Positions 15,001 to 30,000 of a stretch of 64,000 nucleotides of DNA are shown here, piece after piece. Source of the DNA: Eledone cirrhosa (taxonomy: Eukaryota); NCBI GenBank assembly GCA_964016885.1, contig OZ024760.1:32984001-33048000 (forward strand). Reading direction: 5' to 3'. Below the pieces are notes generated by a model. The model saw nothing but the letters and a program-made list of their open reading frames with translations. It searched no databases and was not told where the DNA came from. Each line of letters opens with the position of its first letter. The stretch's first letter is position 1. The translations under genes were made by a program, and so were the position numbers.

Positions 15001-18000
15001 TGACCAACAGACTTGTCATCTGACCAACAGATTGGTCATCTAACCAACAGACTGGTTATCTGACCAACAGACTGCTCATCTCACCCACAGACTGGTCATC
15101 TCACCAACAGACTGGTCATCTGACCCACAGACTGGTCATCTGACAAACAGACTGGTCATCTGACAAACAGACTGGTCATCTGACCAACAGACTGGTCATC
15201 TGACCAAAAAAATGGTCATCTGACGAACAGACTGGTCATCTCACCAACAGACTGGTCATCTCACCAATTGACTGTTCTTCTCACCAACAGACTGGTCATC
15301 GGACCCACAGACTGGTCATCTGACCAACAGACTGGTCTTCTCACCAACACACTGGTCATCTGACCAACAGACTGGTCATCTGACAAACAGACTGGTCATC
15401 TGGCCAACAGACTGGTCATCTGACCAACAGACTGGTCATCTGACCAACATACTGCTCATTTGACAAACAGACTGGTCATCTAACCAACAGAATGGTCATC
15501 TGACTAACAGACTGGAACAGACTGGTCTTCTCACCCACTGACTGCTCATCTCACCAACAGACTGGTCATCTCACCAACAGACTGGTCATCTGATCAACAG
15601 ACTGGTCATCTGACCAACAGACTGATCATCTGACGAACAGACTTGTCATCTCACCAACAGACTGGTCATCTGACCAACAGCCTGGTCTTCTCACCAACAG
15701 ACTGGTCATCTGACCAACAGACTGGTCATCTGACAAACAGTCTGGTCATCTGACCAACAGACTGGTCATCTGACCAACAGACTGGTAATCTGACCAACAG
15801 ACTGGTCATCTCACCAACAGACTGATCATCAGACCAACAAACTGTTCATCTCACCAACAGACTGGTCATCTGACCAACAGACTGGTCATCTGACCCACAG
15901 ACTGGTCATCTGATCAACAGACTGGTCATCTGACGAACAGACTGGTCATCTCAACAACAGACTGGTCATCTCACCAACAGACTGGTCATCTGACTAACAG
16001 ACTGGTCATCTGACCAACAGACTGGTCATCTCACCAACAGACTGGTCATCTCACCAACATACTGGTCATCTGACTAACAGACTGGTCTTCTGACCAACAG
16101 ACTGGTCATCTGACCAACAGACTGGTCATCTGACCAAAGACTGGTCATCTCACCAACATACTGGAAATCTGACCCACAGACTGGTCATCTCACCAACAGA
16201 CTGGACATCTGACTCACAGACTGGTCATCTCACCAACAGATTGGTTATCTGACCAACAGACTGGTCATCTGACCAACAGAGTGGTCTTCTGACCAACAGA
16301 CTGGTCTTCTGACCCACAGACTGGTCATCTGACCAACAGACTGGTCATCTGACCAACAAACTCGTCTTCTGACTAACAGACTGGTCATCTGACCAACAGA
16401 CTGGTCATCTCACCAACAGATTGGTCATCTGACCAACAGACTGGTCATCTGACCAACAGACTGGTCATCTGACCAACAGACTGGACATCTGACCCACAGA
16501 CCGGTCATCTGACCAACAGACTGCTCATCTCACCCACAGACTGGTCATCTCACCAACAGACTGGTCATCTCACCAACAGATTGGTCATCTGACCAACAGA
16601 CTGGTCATCTGACCAACAGACTGGTCATCTGACCAACAGACTGGACATCTGACCCACAGACCGGTCATCTGACCAACAGAATGGTAATCTCACCAACAGA
16701 CTGGTCATCTGACCAACAGACTTGTCATCTGACCAACAGATTGGTCATCTAACCAACAGACTGGTTATCTGACCAACAGACTGCTCATCTCACCCACAGA
16801 CTGGTCATCTCACCAACAGACTGGTTATCTGACCCACAGACTGGTCATCTGACAAACAGACTGGTCATCTCACCAACAGACTGGTCATCTGACAAACAGA
16901 CTGGTCATCTGACCAACAGACTGGTCATCTGACAAACAGACTGGTCATCTGACCAACAGACTGGTCATCTGACGAACAAACTGGTTATCTGACCAACAGA
17001 CTGGTCATCTGACCAACAGACTGGTCATCTGACCAACAGACTGGTCATCTCACCAACAGACTGGTCATCTGACCAACAGACTGGTCATCTTACAAACAGA
17101 CTGTTCATCTGACCAACAGACTGGTCATCTGACCAACAGACTGGTCATCTGACCAACAGACTGGTCATCTCACCAACAGACTGGTCATCTCACCAACAGA
17201 CTGGTCATCTCACCAATAGACTGGTCATCTGGTCAACAGACTGGTCATCTGACCAACAGACTGGTCATCTGACCAACAGACTGGTCATCTGACAAACAGA
17301 CTGGTCATCTGACCAACAGACTGTTCATCTGACCAACAGACTGGTGATCTCACCAACAGACTGGTCATCTGACCAACAGCCTGGTCTTTTCACCAACAGA
17401 CTGGTCATCTGACCAACAGACTAGTCATCTCACCAACAGACTGATCATCAGACCAACAAACTGTTCATCTCACCAACAGACTGGTCATCTGACCAACAGA
17501 CTGGTCATCTGACCAACAGACTGGACATCTGACCCACAGACTGGTCATCTGACCAACAGACTTGTCATCTCACCCACAGACTGGTCATTTCACCAACAGA
17601 CTGGTCATCTGACCAACAGCCTGGTCTTCTGACCAACAGACTGGTCAACTGACCAACAGACTGGTCATCTGACCAACAGACTGGTCATCTGACCAACAGA
17701 CTGGTCATCTGACCAACAGACTGGTCTTCTCACCAACAGACTGGTCATCTGACCAACAGACTGGTAATCTGACCATCAGACTGGTCATCTCACCAACAGA
17801 CTGATCATCAGACCAACAAACTGTTCATCTCACCAACAGACTGGTCATCTGACCAACAGACTGGTCATCTGACCCACAGACTGGTCATCTGACCAACAGA
17901 CTGGTCATCTGACCAAACAGACTGGTGATCTGACCAACAGACTGGTCATCTGACCAACAGACTGGTCATCTGACCCACATATTGGTCATCTGACCAACAG

Positions 18001-21000
18001 ACTGGTCATCTGACAAACAGTCTGGTCATCTGACCAACAGACTGGTCATCTGACCAACAGACTGGTAATCTGACCAACAGACTGGTCATCTCACCAACAG
18101 ACTGATCATCAGACCAACAAACTGTTCATCTCACCAACAGACTAGTCATCTGACCAACAGACTGGTCATCTGACCCACAGACTGGTCATCTGATCAACAG
18201 ACTGGTCATCTGACGAACAGACTGGTCATCTCAACAACAGACTGGTCATCTCACCAACAGACTGGTCATCTGACTAACAGACTGGTCATCTGACCAACAG
18301 ACTGGTCATCTCACCAACAGACTGGTCATCTCACCAACATACTGGTCATCTGACTAACAGACTGGTCTTCTGACCAACAGACTGGTCATCTGACCAACAG
18401 ACTGTTCATCTGACCAACAGACTGGTCATCTCACCAACAGACTGGAAATCTGACCCACAGACTGGTCATCTCACCAACAGACTGGACATCTGACTCACAG
18501 ACTGGTCATCTCACCAACAGATTGGTTATCTGACCAACAGACTGGTCATCTGACCAACAGAGTGGTCTTCTGACCAACAGACTGGTCTTCTGACCCACAG
18601 ACTGGTCATCTGACCAACAGACTGGTCATCTGACCAACAAACTGGTCTTCTGACTAACAGACTGGTCATCTGACCAACAGACTGTTCATCTCACCAACAG
18701 ATTGGTCATCTGACCAACAGACTGGTCATCTGACCAACAGACTGGTCATCTGACCAACAGACTGGACATCTGACCCACAGACCGGTCATCTGACCAACAG
18801 AATGGTCATCTCACCAACAGACTGGTCATCTGACCAACAGACTTGTCATCTGACCAACAGATTGGTCATCTAACCAACAGACTGGTTATCTGACCAACAG
18901 ACTGCTCATCTCACCCACAGACTGGTCATCTCACCAACAGACTGGTCATCTGACCCACAGACTGGTCATCTGACAAACAGACTGGTCATCTGACAAACAG
19001 ACTGGTCATCTGACCAACAGACTGGTCATCTGACCAAAAAAATGGTCATCTGACGAACAGACTGGTCATCTCACCAACAGACTGGTCATCTGACCAATTG
19101 ACTGTTCTTCTCACCAACAGACTGGTCATCGGACCCACAGACTGGTCATCTGACCAACAGACTGGTCTTCTCACCAACACACTGGTCATCTGACCAACAG
19201 ACTGGTCATCTGGCAAACAGACTGGTCATCTGGCCAACAGACTGGTCACCTGACCAACAGACTGGTCATCTGACCAACATACTGCTCATTTGACAAACAG
19301 ACTGGTCATCTAACCAACAGAATGGTCATCTGACTAACAGACTGGAACAGACTGGTCTTCTCACCCACTGACTGCTCATCTCACCAACAGACTGGTCATC
19401 TCACCAACAGACTGGTCATCTGATCAACAGACTGGTCATCTGACCAACAGACTGATCATCTGACGAACAGACTTGTCATCTCACCAACAGACTGGTCATC
19501 TGACCAACAGCCTGGTCTTCTCACCAACAGACTGGTCATCTGACCAACAGACTGGTCATCTGACAAACAGTCTGGTCATCTGACCAACAGACTGGTCATC
19601 TGACCAACAGACTGGTCATCTGACCAACAGACTGGTCATCTGACCAACAGACTGGTCATCTCACCAACAGCCTGGTCATCTGACTAACAGACTGGTCTTC
19701 TGACCAACAAACTGGTCATCTGACTAACAGACTGGTCATCTGACCAACAGACTGGTCATCTGACAAACAGACTGGTCATCTGACCAACAGACTGGTCTTC
19801 TGACCAACAGACTGGTCATCTGACCAAAAGACTGGTCTTCTGACCAACAGACTGGTCATCTAACCAACAGACTGGTCATCTGACCCACACACTGGTCATC
19901 TGACAAACAGACTGGTCATCTGACCAACAGACTGGTCATCTGACCAAAAAAATGGTCATCTGACTCACAGACTGGTCATCTCACCAACATATTGGTCATC
20001 TGACCAACAGACTGGTCATCTGACCAACAGACTGGTCTTCTGACCAACAGACTGGTCTTCTGACTAACAGACTGGTCATCCGACCAACAGACTGGTCATC
20101 TCACCAACAGATTGGTCATCTGACCAACAGACTGGTCATCTGACCAACAGACTGGTCATCTGACCAACAGACTGGACATCTGACCCACAGACCGGTCATC
20201 TGACCAACAGACTGGTCATCTCACCAACAGACTGGTCATCTGACCAACAGACTTGTCATCTGACCAACAGATTGGTCATCTAACCAACAGACTGGTTATC
20301 GGACCAACAGACTGCTCATCTCACCCACAGACTGGTCATCTCACCAACAGCCTGGTCATCTGACTAACAGACTGGTCTTCTGACCAACAAACTGGTCATC
20401 TGACCAACAGACTGGTCATCTCACCAACAGACTGGTCATCTCACCAACAGATTCGTCATCTGACCAACAGACTGGTCATCTGACCAACAGACTGGTCATC
20501 TGACCAACAGACTGGTCATCTGACAAACAGACTGGTCATCTGACCAATAGACTGGTCATCTGACAAATAGACTGGTCATCTGACCAACAGATTGGTCTTC
20601 TGACCAACAGACTGGTCATCTCACCAACAGACTGGTCATCTCAGCAACAGATTCGTCATCTGACCAACAGACTGGTAATCTGACCAACAGTCTGGTCATC
20701 TGACCAACAGACTGGTCATCTGACAAACAGACTGGTCATCTGACCAACAGACTGGTCTTCTGACCAACAGACTGGTCATCTGACCAAAAGACTGGTCATC
20801 TGACAAACAGACTGGTCATCTAACCAACAGACTGGTCATCTGACCCACACACTGGTCATCTGACAAACAGACTGGTCATCTGACCAACAGACTGGTCATC
20901 TGACCAAAAAAATGGTCATCTGACGAACAGACTGGTCATCTCACCAACAGACTGGTCATCTGACCAACTGACTGTTCTTCTCACCAACAGACTGGTCATT

Positions 21001-24000
21001 TGACCCACACACTGGTCATCTGACAAACAGACTGGTCATCTGACCAACAGACTGGTCATCTGACCAACAGACTGGTCATCTGACACACAGACTGGTCATC
21101 TTACGAACTGACTGGTCATCTGACGAACAGACTGGTCATCTCACCCACAGCTGGTCATCTCACCAACAGACTGGTCATCTCACCAACAGACTGGTCATCT
21201 CACCAACAGACTGGTCATCTGACCAACAGACTGGTCTTCTGACCAACAGACTGGTCATCTCACCAACAGACTGGTCATCTGACCAACAGACTGGTCATCT
21301 CACCAACAGACTGATCATCAGACCAACAAACTGTTCATCTCACCAACCGACTGGTCATCTGACAAACAGACTAGTCATCTGACCAACAGACTGGTCATCT
21401 CACCAACATACTGGTCATCTCACCAACAGACTGATCATCAGACCAACAAACTGGTCATCTCACCAACAGACTGGTCATCTGATTCACAGACTGGTCATCT
21501 GACCAACAGACTGGTCATCTGACCCACAGACTGGTCATCTGACCAACAGACTGGTCATCTGACGAACAGACTGGTCATCTCACCAACAGACTGGTCATCT
21601 CACCAACAGCCTGGTCATCTGACTCACAGACTGGCCTTCTGACCAACAGACTGGTTATTTGACCAACAGACTGTTCATTTCACCAACAGACTGGAAATCT
21701 GACCCACAGACTGGTCATCTCACCAACAGATTGGTAATCTGACCAACAGATTGGTCATCTCACCAACAGACTGGACATCTGACTCACAGACTGGTCATTT
21801 CACCAACAGATTGGTCATCTGACCAATAGTGTGGTCATCTGACCTACAGAGTGGTCTTCTGACCAACAGACTGGTCTTCTGACCAACAGACTGGTCATCT
21901 GACCAACAGACTGGTCTTCTGACCCACAGACTGGTCATCTGACCAACAGACTTGTCATCTGACCAACAGACTGGTCTTCTGACTAATAGACTGGTCATCT
22001 GACCAACAGACTGGTCATCTCACCAACAGACTGGTCATCTGACCAACAGACTGGACATCTGAACAACAGACTGGTCATCTGACCCACAGACTGGTCATCT
22101 GACCAACAGATTGGTCATCTGACCAACAGATTGGTTATCTGTCCAACAGATTGCACATCTCACCAACAGACTGGTCATCTGGCCAACAGACATGTCATCT
22201 GACCCACAGACTGATCACCTGAGCAAGAGACTGGTCATCTGACCAACAGACTGGTCATCTGACCAACAGACTGATCATCTGACCAACAGACTGGTCTTCT
22301 GACCAACAGACTGGTCATCTGACCAACAGACTGGTCTTCTGACCAACAGACTGGTCATCCGTCCAACAGACTGGTCATCTCACCAACAGACTGGACATCT
22401 GACCCACAGACTGGTCATCTCACCAACAGATTGGTCATCTGACCAACAGACTGGTCATCTGACCAAGAGACTGGTCCTCTCACCAACAGACTGGTCTTCT
22501 GTCAAACGGACTGGTCATCAGACCCACAGACTGGTCCTCTCACCAACAGACTGGTCATCTTACCAATAGACTGGTAATCTGACCAACAGATTGGGCTTCT
22601 GACCAACAGACTGGTCATCTCACCAACAGACTGGTCATCTCACCAACAGATTCGTCATCTGACCAACAGACTGGTCATCTGACCAACAGACAGGTCATCT
22701 GACCACCAGACTGGTCATCTGACCAACAGACTGGTCATCTGACCAACTGACTGGTCATCTGACAAACAGACTGGTCATCTGACCAATAGATTGGTCATCT
22801 GACCAACAGAATGGTCATCTCACCCACAGACTGGTCATCTCACCAACAGACTTGTCATCTCACCAATAGACTGGTCATCTGACCAACAGATTGGACATCT
22901 GACCAACAGACTGGTCATCTGACAAACAGACTGGTCATCTGACCAACAGACTGGTCTTCTGACCAACAGACTGGTCATCTGACCAACAGACTGGTCATCT
23001 GAAAAACAGACTGTCATCTGACGAACAGACTGGTCACCTCACCCACAGACTGGACACCTGACCCACAGACTGGACATCTGAACCACAGAGTGTTCATCTC
23101 ACCAACAGATTGGTCATCTGACCAACAGACTGGTCATCTGACCAACATATTGGTCATCTCACCAAAAGACTGGTCTTCTGACAAACAGACTGGTCATCTG
23201 ACCCACAGACTGTTCATCTCAGCAACAGACTGGTCTTCTGACCAACAGCCAGGTCATCTCACCAACAGACTGGTCATCTCACCAACAGACTGGACACATG
23301 ACCCATAGTCTGGTCATCTGACCAACAGACTGGTCATCTGACCAACAGATTGGTCATCTCACCAACAGGCTGATCATCCGACCAGCAGACTGGTCATCTG
23401 ACCAACAGACTGGTCATCTGACCAACAGACTGGTAATCTGACCAACAGACTGGTCATCTGACCAACAGACTGGTCATCTGACCAACATACTGGTCATCTG
23501 ACCCACAGATTGGTCATCTGACCAACAGACTGGTCATCTGACAAACAGACTGGTCATCTGACAAACAGACTGGTCATCTGACCAACAGACTGGTCATCTG
23601 ACGAAAAAAATGGTCATCCGACGAACAGACTGGTCATCTCACCAACAGACTGGTCATCTGACCAACTGACTGTTCTTCTCACCAACAGACTGGTCATCGG
23701 ACCCACAGACTGGTCATCAGACCAACAGACTGGTCTTCTCACCAACAGACTGGTCATCTGACCAACAGACTGGTCATCTGACAAACAGACTGGTCATCTG
23801 ACCAACAGACTGGTCATCTGACCAACAGAATGGTCATCTGACTAACAGACTGGAACAGACTGGTCATCTCACCCACTGACTGGTCATCTCACCAACAGAC
23901 TGGTCATCTCACCAACAGACTGGTCATTTGATCAACAGACTTGTCATCTGACCAACAGACTGGTCATCTGACAAACAGACTGGTCATCTGACCAACAAAC

Positions 24001-27000
24001 TGGTCATCTGACGAACAGACTGGTCATCTCACCAACAGACTGGTCATCTGACCAACAGCCTGGTCCTCCCACCAACAGACTGGTCATCTGACCAACAGAC
24101 TGGTCATCTGACAAACAGTCTGGTCATCTGACCAACAGACTGGTCTTCTGACCAACAGACTGGTCATCTGACCAAAAGACTGGTCATCTGACAAACAGAC
24201 TGGTCATCTAACCAACAGACTGGTCATCTGACCCACACACTGGTCATCTGACAAACAGACTGGTCATCTGACCAACAGACTGGTCATCTGACCAAAAAAA
24301 TGGTCATCTGACGAACAGACTGGTCATCTCACCAACAGACTGGTCATCTGACCAACTGACTGTTCTTCTCACCAACAGACTGGTCATCTGACCCACACAC
24401 TGGTCATCTGACAAACAGACTGGTCATCTGACCAACAGACTGGTCATCTGACCAACAGACTGGTCATCTGACACACAGACTGGTCATCTTACGAACTGAC
24501 TGGTCATCTGACGAACAGACTGGTCATCTCACCCACAGCTGGTCATCTCACCAACAGACTGGTCATCTCACCAACAGACTGGTCATCTCACCAACAGACT
24601 GGTCATCTGACCAACAGACTGGTCTTCTGACCAACAGACTGGTCATCTCACCAACAGACTGGTCATCTGACCAACAGACTGGTCATCTCACCAACAGACT
24701 GATCATCAGACCAACAAACTGTTCATCTCACCAACCGACTGGTCATCTGACAAACAGACTAGTCATCTGACCAACAGACTGGTCATCTCACCAACATACT
24801 GGTCATCTCACCAACAGACTGATCATCAGACCAACAAACTGGTCATCTCACCAACAGACTGGTCATCTGATTAACAGACTGGTCATCTGACCAACAGACT
24901 GGTCATCTGACCCACAGACTGGTCATCTGACCAACAGACTGGTCATCTGACGAACAGACTGGTCATCTCACCAACAGACTGGTCATATCACCAACAGCCT
25001 GGTCATCTGACTCACAGACTGGCCTTCTGACCAACAGACTGGTTATTTGACCAACAGACTGTTCATTTCACCAACAGACTGGAAATCTGACCCACAGACT
25101 GGTCATCTCACCAACAGATTGGTAATCTGACCAACAGATTGGTCATCTCACCAACAGACTGGACATCTGACTCACAGACTGGTCATTTCACCAACAGATT
25201 GGTCATCTGACCAATAGTGTGGTCATCTGACCTACAGAGTGGTCTTCTGACCAACAGACTGGTCTTCTGACCAACAGACTGGTCATCTGACCAACAGACT
25301 GGTCTTCTGACCCACAGACTGGTCATCTGACCAACAGACTTGTCATCTGACCAACAAACTGGTCTTCTGACTAATAGACTGGTCATCTGACCAACAGACT
25401 GGTCATCTCACCAACAGACTGGTCATCTGACCAACAGACTGGACATCTGAACCACAGACTGGTCATCTGACCCACAGACTGGTCATCTGACCAACAGATT
25501 GGTCATCTGACCAACAGATTGGTTATCTGTCCAACAGATTGCACATCTCACCAACAGACTGGTCATCTGGCCAACAGACATGTCATCTGACCCACAGACT
25601 GATCACCTGAGCAAGAGACTGGTCATCTGACCAACAGACTGGTCATCTGACCAACAGACTGATCATCTGACCAACAGACTGGTCTTCTGACCAACAGACT
25701 GGTCATCTGACCAACAGACTGGTCTTCTGACCAACAGACTGGTCATCCGTCCAACAGACTGGTCATCTCACCAACAGACTGGACATCTGACCCACAGACT
25801 GGTCATCTCACCAACAGATTGGTCATCTGACCAACAGACTGGTCATCTGACCAAGAGACTGGTCCTCTCACCAACAGACTGGTCTTCTGTCAAACGGACT
25901 GGTCATCAGACCCACAGACTGGTCCTCTCACCAACAGACTGGTCATCTTACCAATAGACTGGTAATCTGACCAACAGATTGGGCTTCTGACCAACAGACT
26001 GGTCATCTCACCAACAGACTGGTCATCTCACCAACAGATTCGTCATCTGACCAACAGACTGGTCATCTGACCAACAGACAGGTCATCTGACCACCAGACT
26101 GGTCATCTGACCAACAGACTGGTCATCTGACCAACTGACTGGTCATCTGACAAACAGACTGGTCATCTGACCAATAGATTGGTCATCTGACCAACAGAAT
26201 GGTCATCTCACCCACAGACTGGTCATCTCACCAACAGACTTGTCATCTCACCAATAGACTGGTCATCTGACCAACAGATTGGACATCTGACCAACAGACT
26301 GGTCATCTGACAAACAGACTGGTCATCTGACCAACAGACTGGTCTTCTGACCAACAGACTGGTCATCTGACCAACAGACTGGTCATCTGAAAAACAGACT
26401 GTCATCTGACGAACAGACTGGTCACCTCACCCACAGACTGGACACCTGACCCACAGACTGGACATCTGAACCACAGAGTGTTCATCTCACCAACAGATTG
26501 GTCATCTGACCAACAGACTGGTCATCTGACCAACATATTGGTCATCTCACCAAAAGACTGGTCTTCTGACAAACAGACTGGTCATCTGACCCACAGACTG
26601 TTCATCTCAGCAACAGACTGGTCTTCTGACCAACAGCCAGGTCATCTCACCAACAGACTGGTCATCTCACCAACAGACTGGACACATGACCCATAGTCTG
26701 GTCATCTGACCAACAGACTGGTCATCTGACCAACAGATTGGTCATCTCACCAACAGGCTGATCATCCGACCAGCAGACTGGTCATCTGACCAACAGACTG
26801 GTCATCTGACCAACAGACTGGTAATCTGACCAACAGACTGGTCATCTGACCAACAGACTGGTCATCTGACCAACATACTGGTCATCTGACCCACAGATTG
26901 GTCATCTGACCAACAGACTGGTCATCTGACAAACAGACTGGTCATCTGACAAACAGACTGGTCATCTGACCAACAGACTGGTCATCTGACGAAAAAAATG

Positions 27001-30000
27001 GTCATCCGACGAACAGACTGGTCATCTCACCAACAGACTGGTCATCTGACCAACTGACTGTTCTTCTCACCAACAGACTGGTCATCGGACCCACAGACTG
27101 GTCATCAGACCAACAGACTGGTCTTCTCACCAACAGACTGGTCATCTGACCAACAGACTGGTCATCTGACAAACAGACTGGTCATCTGACCAACAGACTG
27201 GTCATCTGACCAACAGAATGGTCATCTGACTAACAGACTGGAACAGACTGGTCATCTCACCCACTGACTGGTCATCTCACCAACAGACTGGTCATCTCAC
27301 CAACAGACTGGTCATTTGATCAACAGACTTGTCATCTGACCAACAGACTGGTCATCTGACAAACAGACTGGTCATCTGACCAACAAACTGGTCATCTGAC
27401 GAACAGACTGGTCATCTCACCAACAGACTGGTCATCTGACCAACAGCCTGGTCCTCCCACCAACAGACTGGTCATCTGACCAACAGACTGGTCATCTGAC
27501 AAACAGTCTGGTCATCTCACCCACAGACTGGTCATCTGACAAACAGACTGGTCATCTGACGAACAGACTGGTCATCTCACCAACAGACTGGTCATCTCAC
27601 CAACAGGCTGGTCATCGCACTAACAGACTAGTCTTCTGACCAACAGACTGGTCATCTGACCAACAGACTGGTCATCTGACCAACAGACTGGTCATCTGAC
27701 CAACAGACTGGTCATCTCACCAACAGCCTGGTCATCTTACTAACAGACTGGTTTTCTGACCAACAGACTGGTCATCTGACCAACAGTCTGGTCAACTGAC
27801 CAACAGACTGGTCATCTGACCAACAGACTGGTCATCTAACCAACAGACTGGTCATCTCAGCAACAGACTGGTCATCTGACTAACAGACTGGTCTTCTGAC
27901 CAACAGACTGGTCATCTGACCAACAGACTGGTCATCTCACCAACAGACTGGAAATCTGACCCACAGACTGGTCATCTGACCAACAGACTGGTCAACTGAC
28001 AAACAGACTGGTCATCTGACCAACAGACTGGTCATCTGACGAACTGTCTGGTCATCTGACGAACAGACTGGTCATCTCACCCACAGCTGGTCATCTCACC
28101 AACAGACTGGTCATCTCACCAACAGACTGGTCATCTCACCAACAGACTGTTCATCTGACCAACAGACTGGTCTTCTGACCAACAGACTGGACACCTGACC
28201 CACAGACTGGACATCTGAACCACAGTGTTCATCTCACCAACAGATTGGTCATCTGACCAACAGACTGATCATCAGACCAACAAACTGTTCATCTCACCAA
28301 CAGACTGGTCATCTGACCAACAGACTGGTCATCTGACCCACAGACTGGTCATCTGACCAACAGACTGGTCATCTAACCAACAGACTGGTCATCTGACCAA
28401 CAGACTGGTCATCTGACCCACATATTGGTCATCTGACCAACAGACTGGTCATCTGACAAACAGACTGGTCATCTGACCAACAGACTGGTCATCTGACCAA
28501 AAAAATGGTCATCTGACGAACAGACTGGTCATCTCACAAACAGACTGGTCATCTGACCAATTGACTGTTCTTCTCACCAACAGACTGGTCATCGGACCCA
28601 CAGACTGGTCATCTGACCAACAGACTGGTCTTCTCACCAACACACTGGTCATCTGACCAACAGACTGGTCATCTGACCAACAGACTGGTCATCTGACCAA
28701 CATACTGGTCATCTCACCAACAGACTGGTCATCTGACCAACATACTGCTCATTTGACAAACAGACTGGTCATCTAACCAACAGAATGGTCATCTGACTAA
28801 CAGACTGGAACAGACTGGTCTTCTCACCCACTGACTGCTCATCTCACCAACAGACTGGTCATCTCACCAACAGACTGGTCATCTGATCAACAGACTGGTC
28901 ATCTGACCAACAGACTGATCATCTGACGAACAGACTGGTCATCTCACCAACAGACTGGTCATCTGACCAACAGCCTGGTCTTCTCACCAACAGACTGGTC
29001 ATCTGACCAACAGACTGGTCATCTGACAAACAGTCTGGTCATCTGACCAACAGACTGGTCATCTGACCAACAGACTGGTAATCTGACCAACAGACTGGTC
29101 ATCTCACCAACAGACTGATCATCAGACCAACAAACTGTTCATCTCACCAACAGACTGGTCATCTGACCAACAGACTGGTCATCTGACCCACAGACTGGTC
29201 ATCTGATCAACAGACTGGTCATCTCAACAACAGACTGGTCATCTCACCAACAGACTGGTCATCTGACTAACAGACTGGTCATCTGACCAACAGACTGGTC
29301 ATCTCACCAACAGACTGGTCATCTCACCAACATACTGGTCATCTGACTAACAGACTGGTCTTCTGACCAACAGACTGGTCATCTGACCAACAGACTGGTC
29401 ATCTGACCAACAGACTGGTCATCTCACCAACAGACTGGAAATCTGACCCACAGACTGGTCATCTCACCAACAGACTGGACATCTGACTCACAGACTGGTC
29501 ATCTCACCAACAGATTGGTTATCTGACCAACAGACTGGTCATCTGACCAACAGAGTGGTCTTCTGACGAACAGACTGGTCTTCTGACCCACAGACTGGTC
29601 ATCTGACCAACAGACTGGTCATCTGACCAACAAACTGGTTTTCTGACTAACAGACTGGTCATCTGACCAACAGACTGGTCATCTCACCAACAGATTGGTC
29701 ATCTGACCAACAGACTGGTCATCTGACCAACAGACTGGTCATCTGACCAACAGACTGGACATCTGACCCACAGACCGGTCATCTGACCAACAGAATGGTC
29801 ATCTCACCAACAGACTGGTCATCTGACCAACAGAGTTGTCATCTGACCAACAGATTGGTCATCTAACCAACAGACTGGTTATCTGACCAACAGACTGCTC
29901 ATCTCACCCACAGACTGGTCATCTCACCAACAGACTGGTCATCTGACCCACAGACTGGTCATCTGACAAACAGACTGGTCATCTGACAAACAGACTGGTC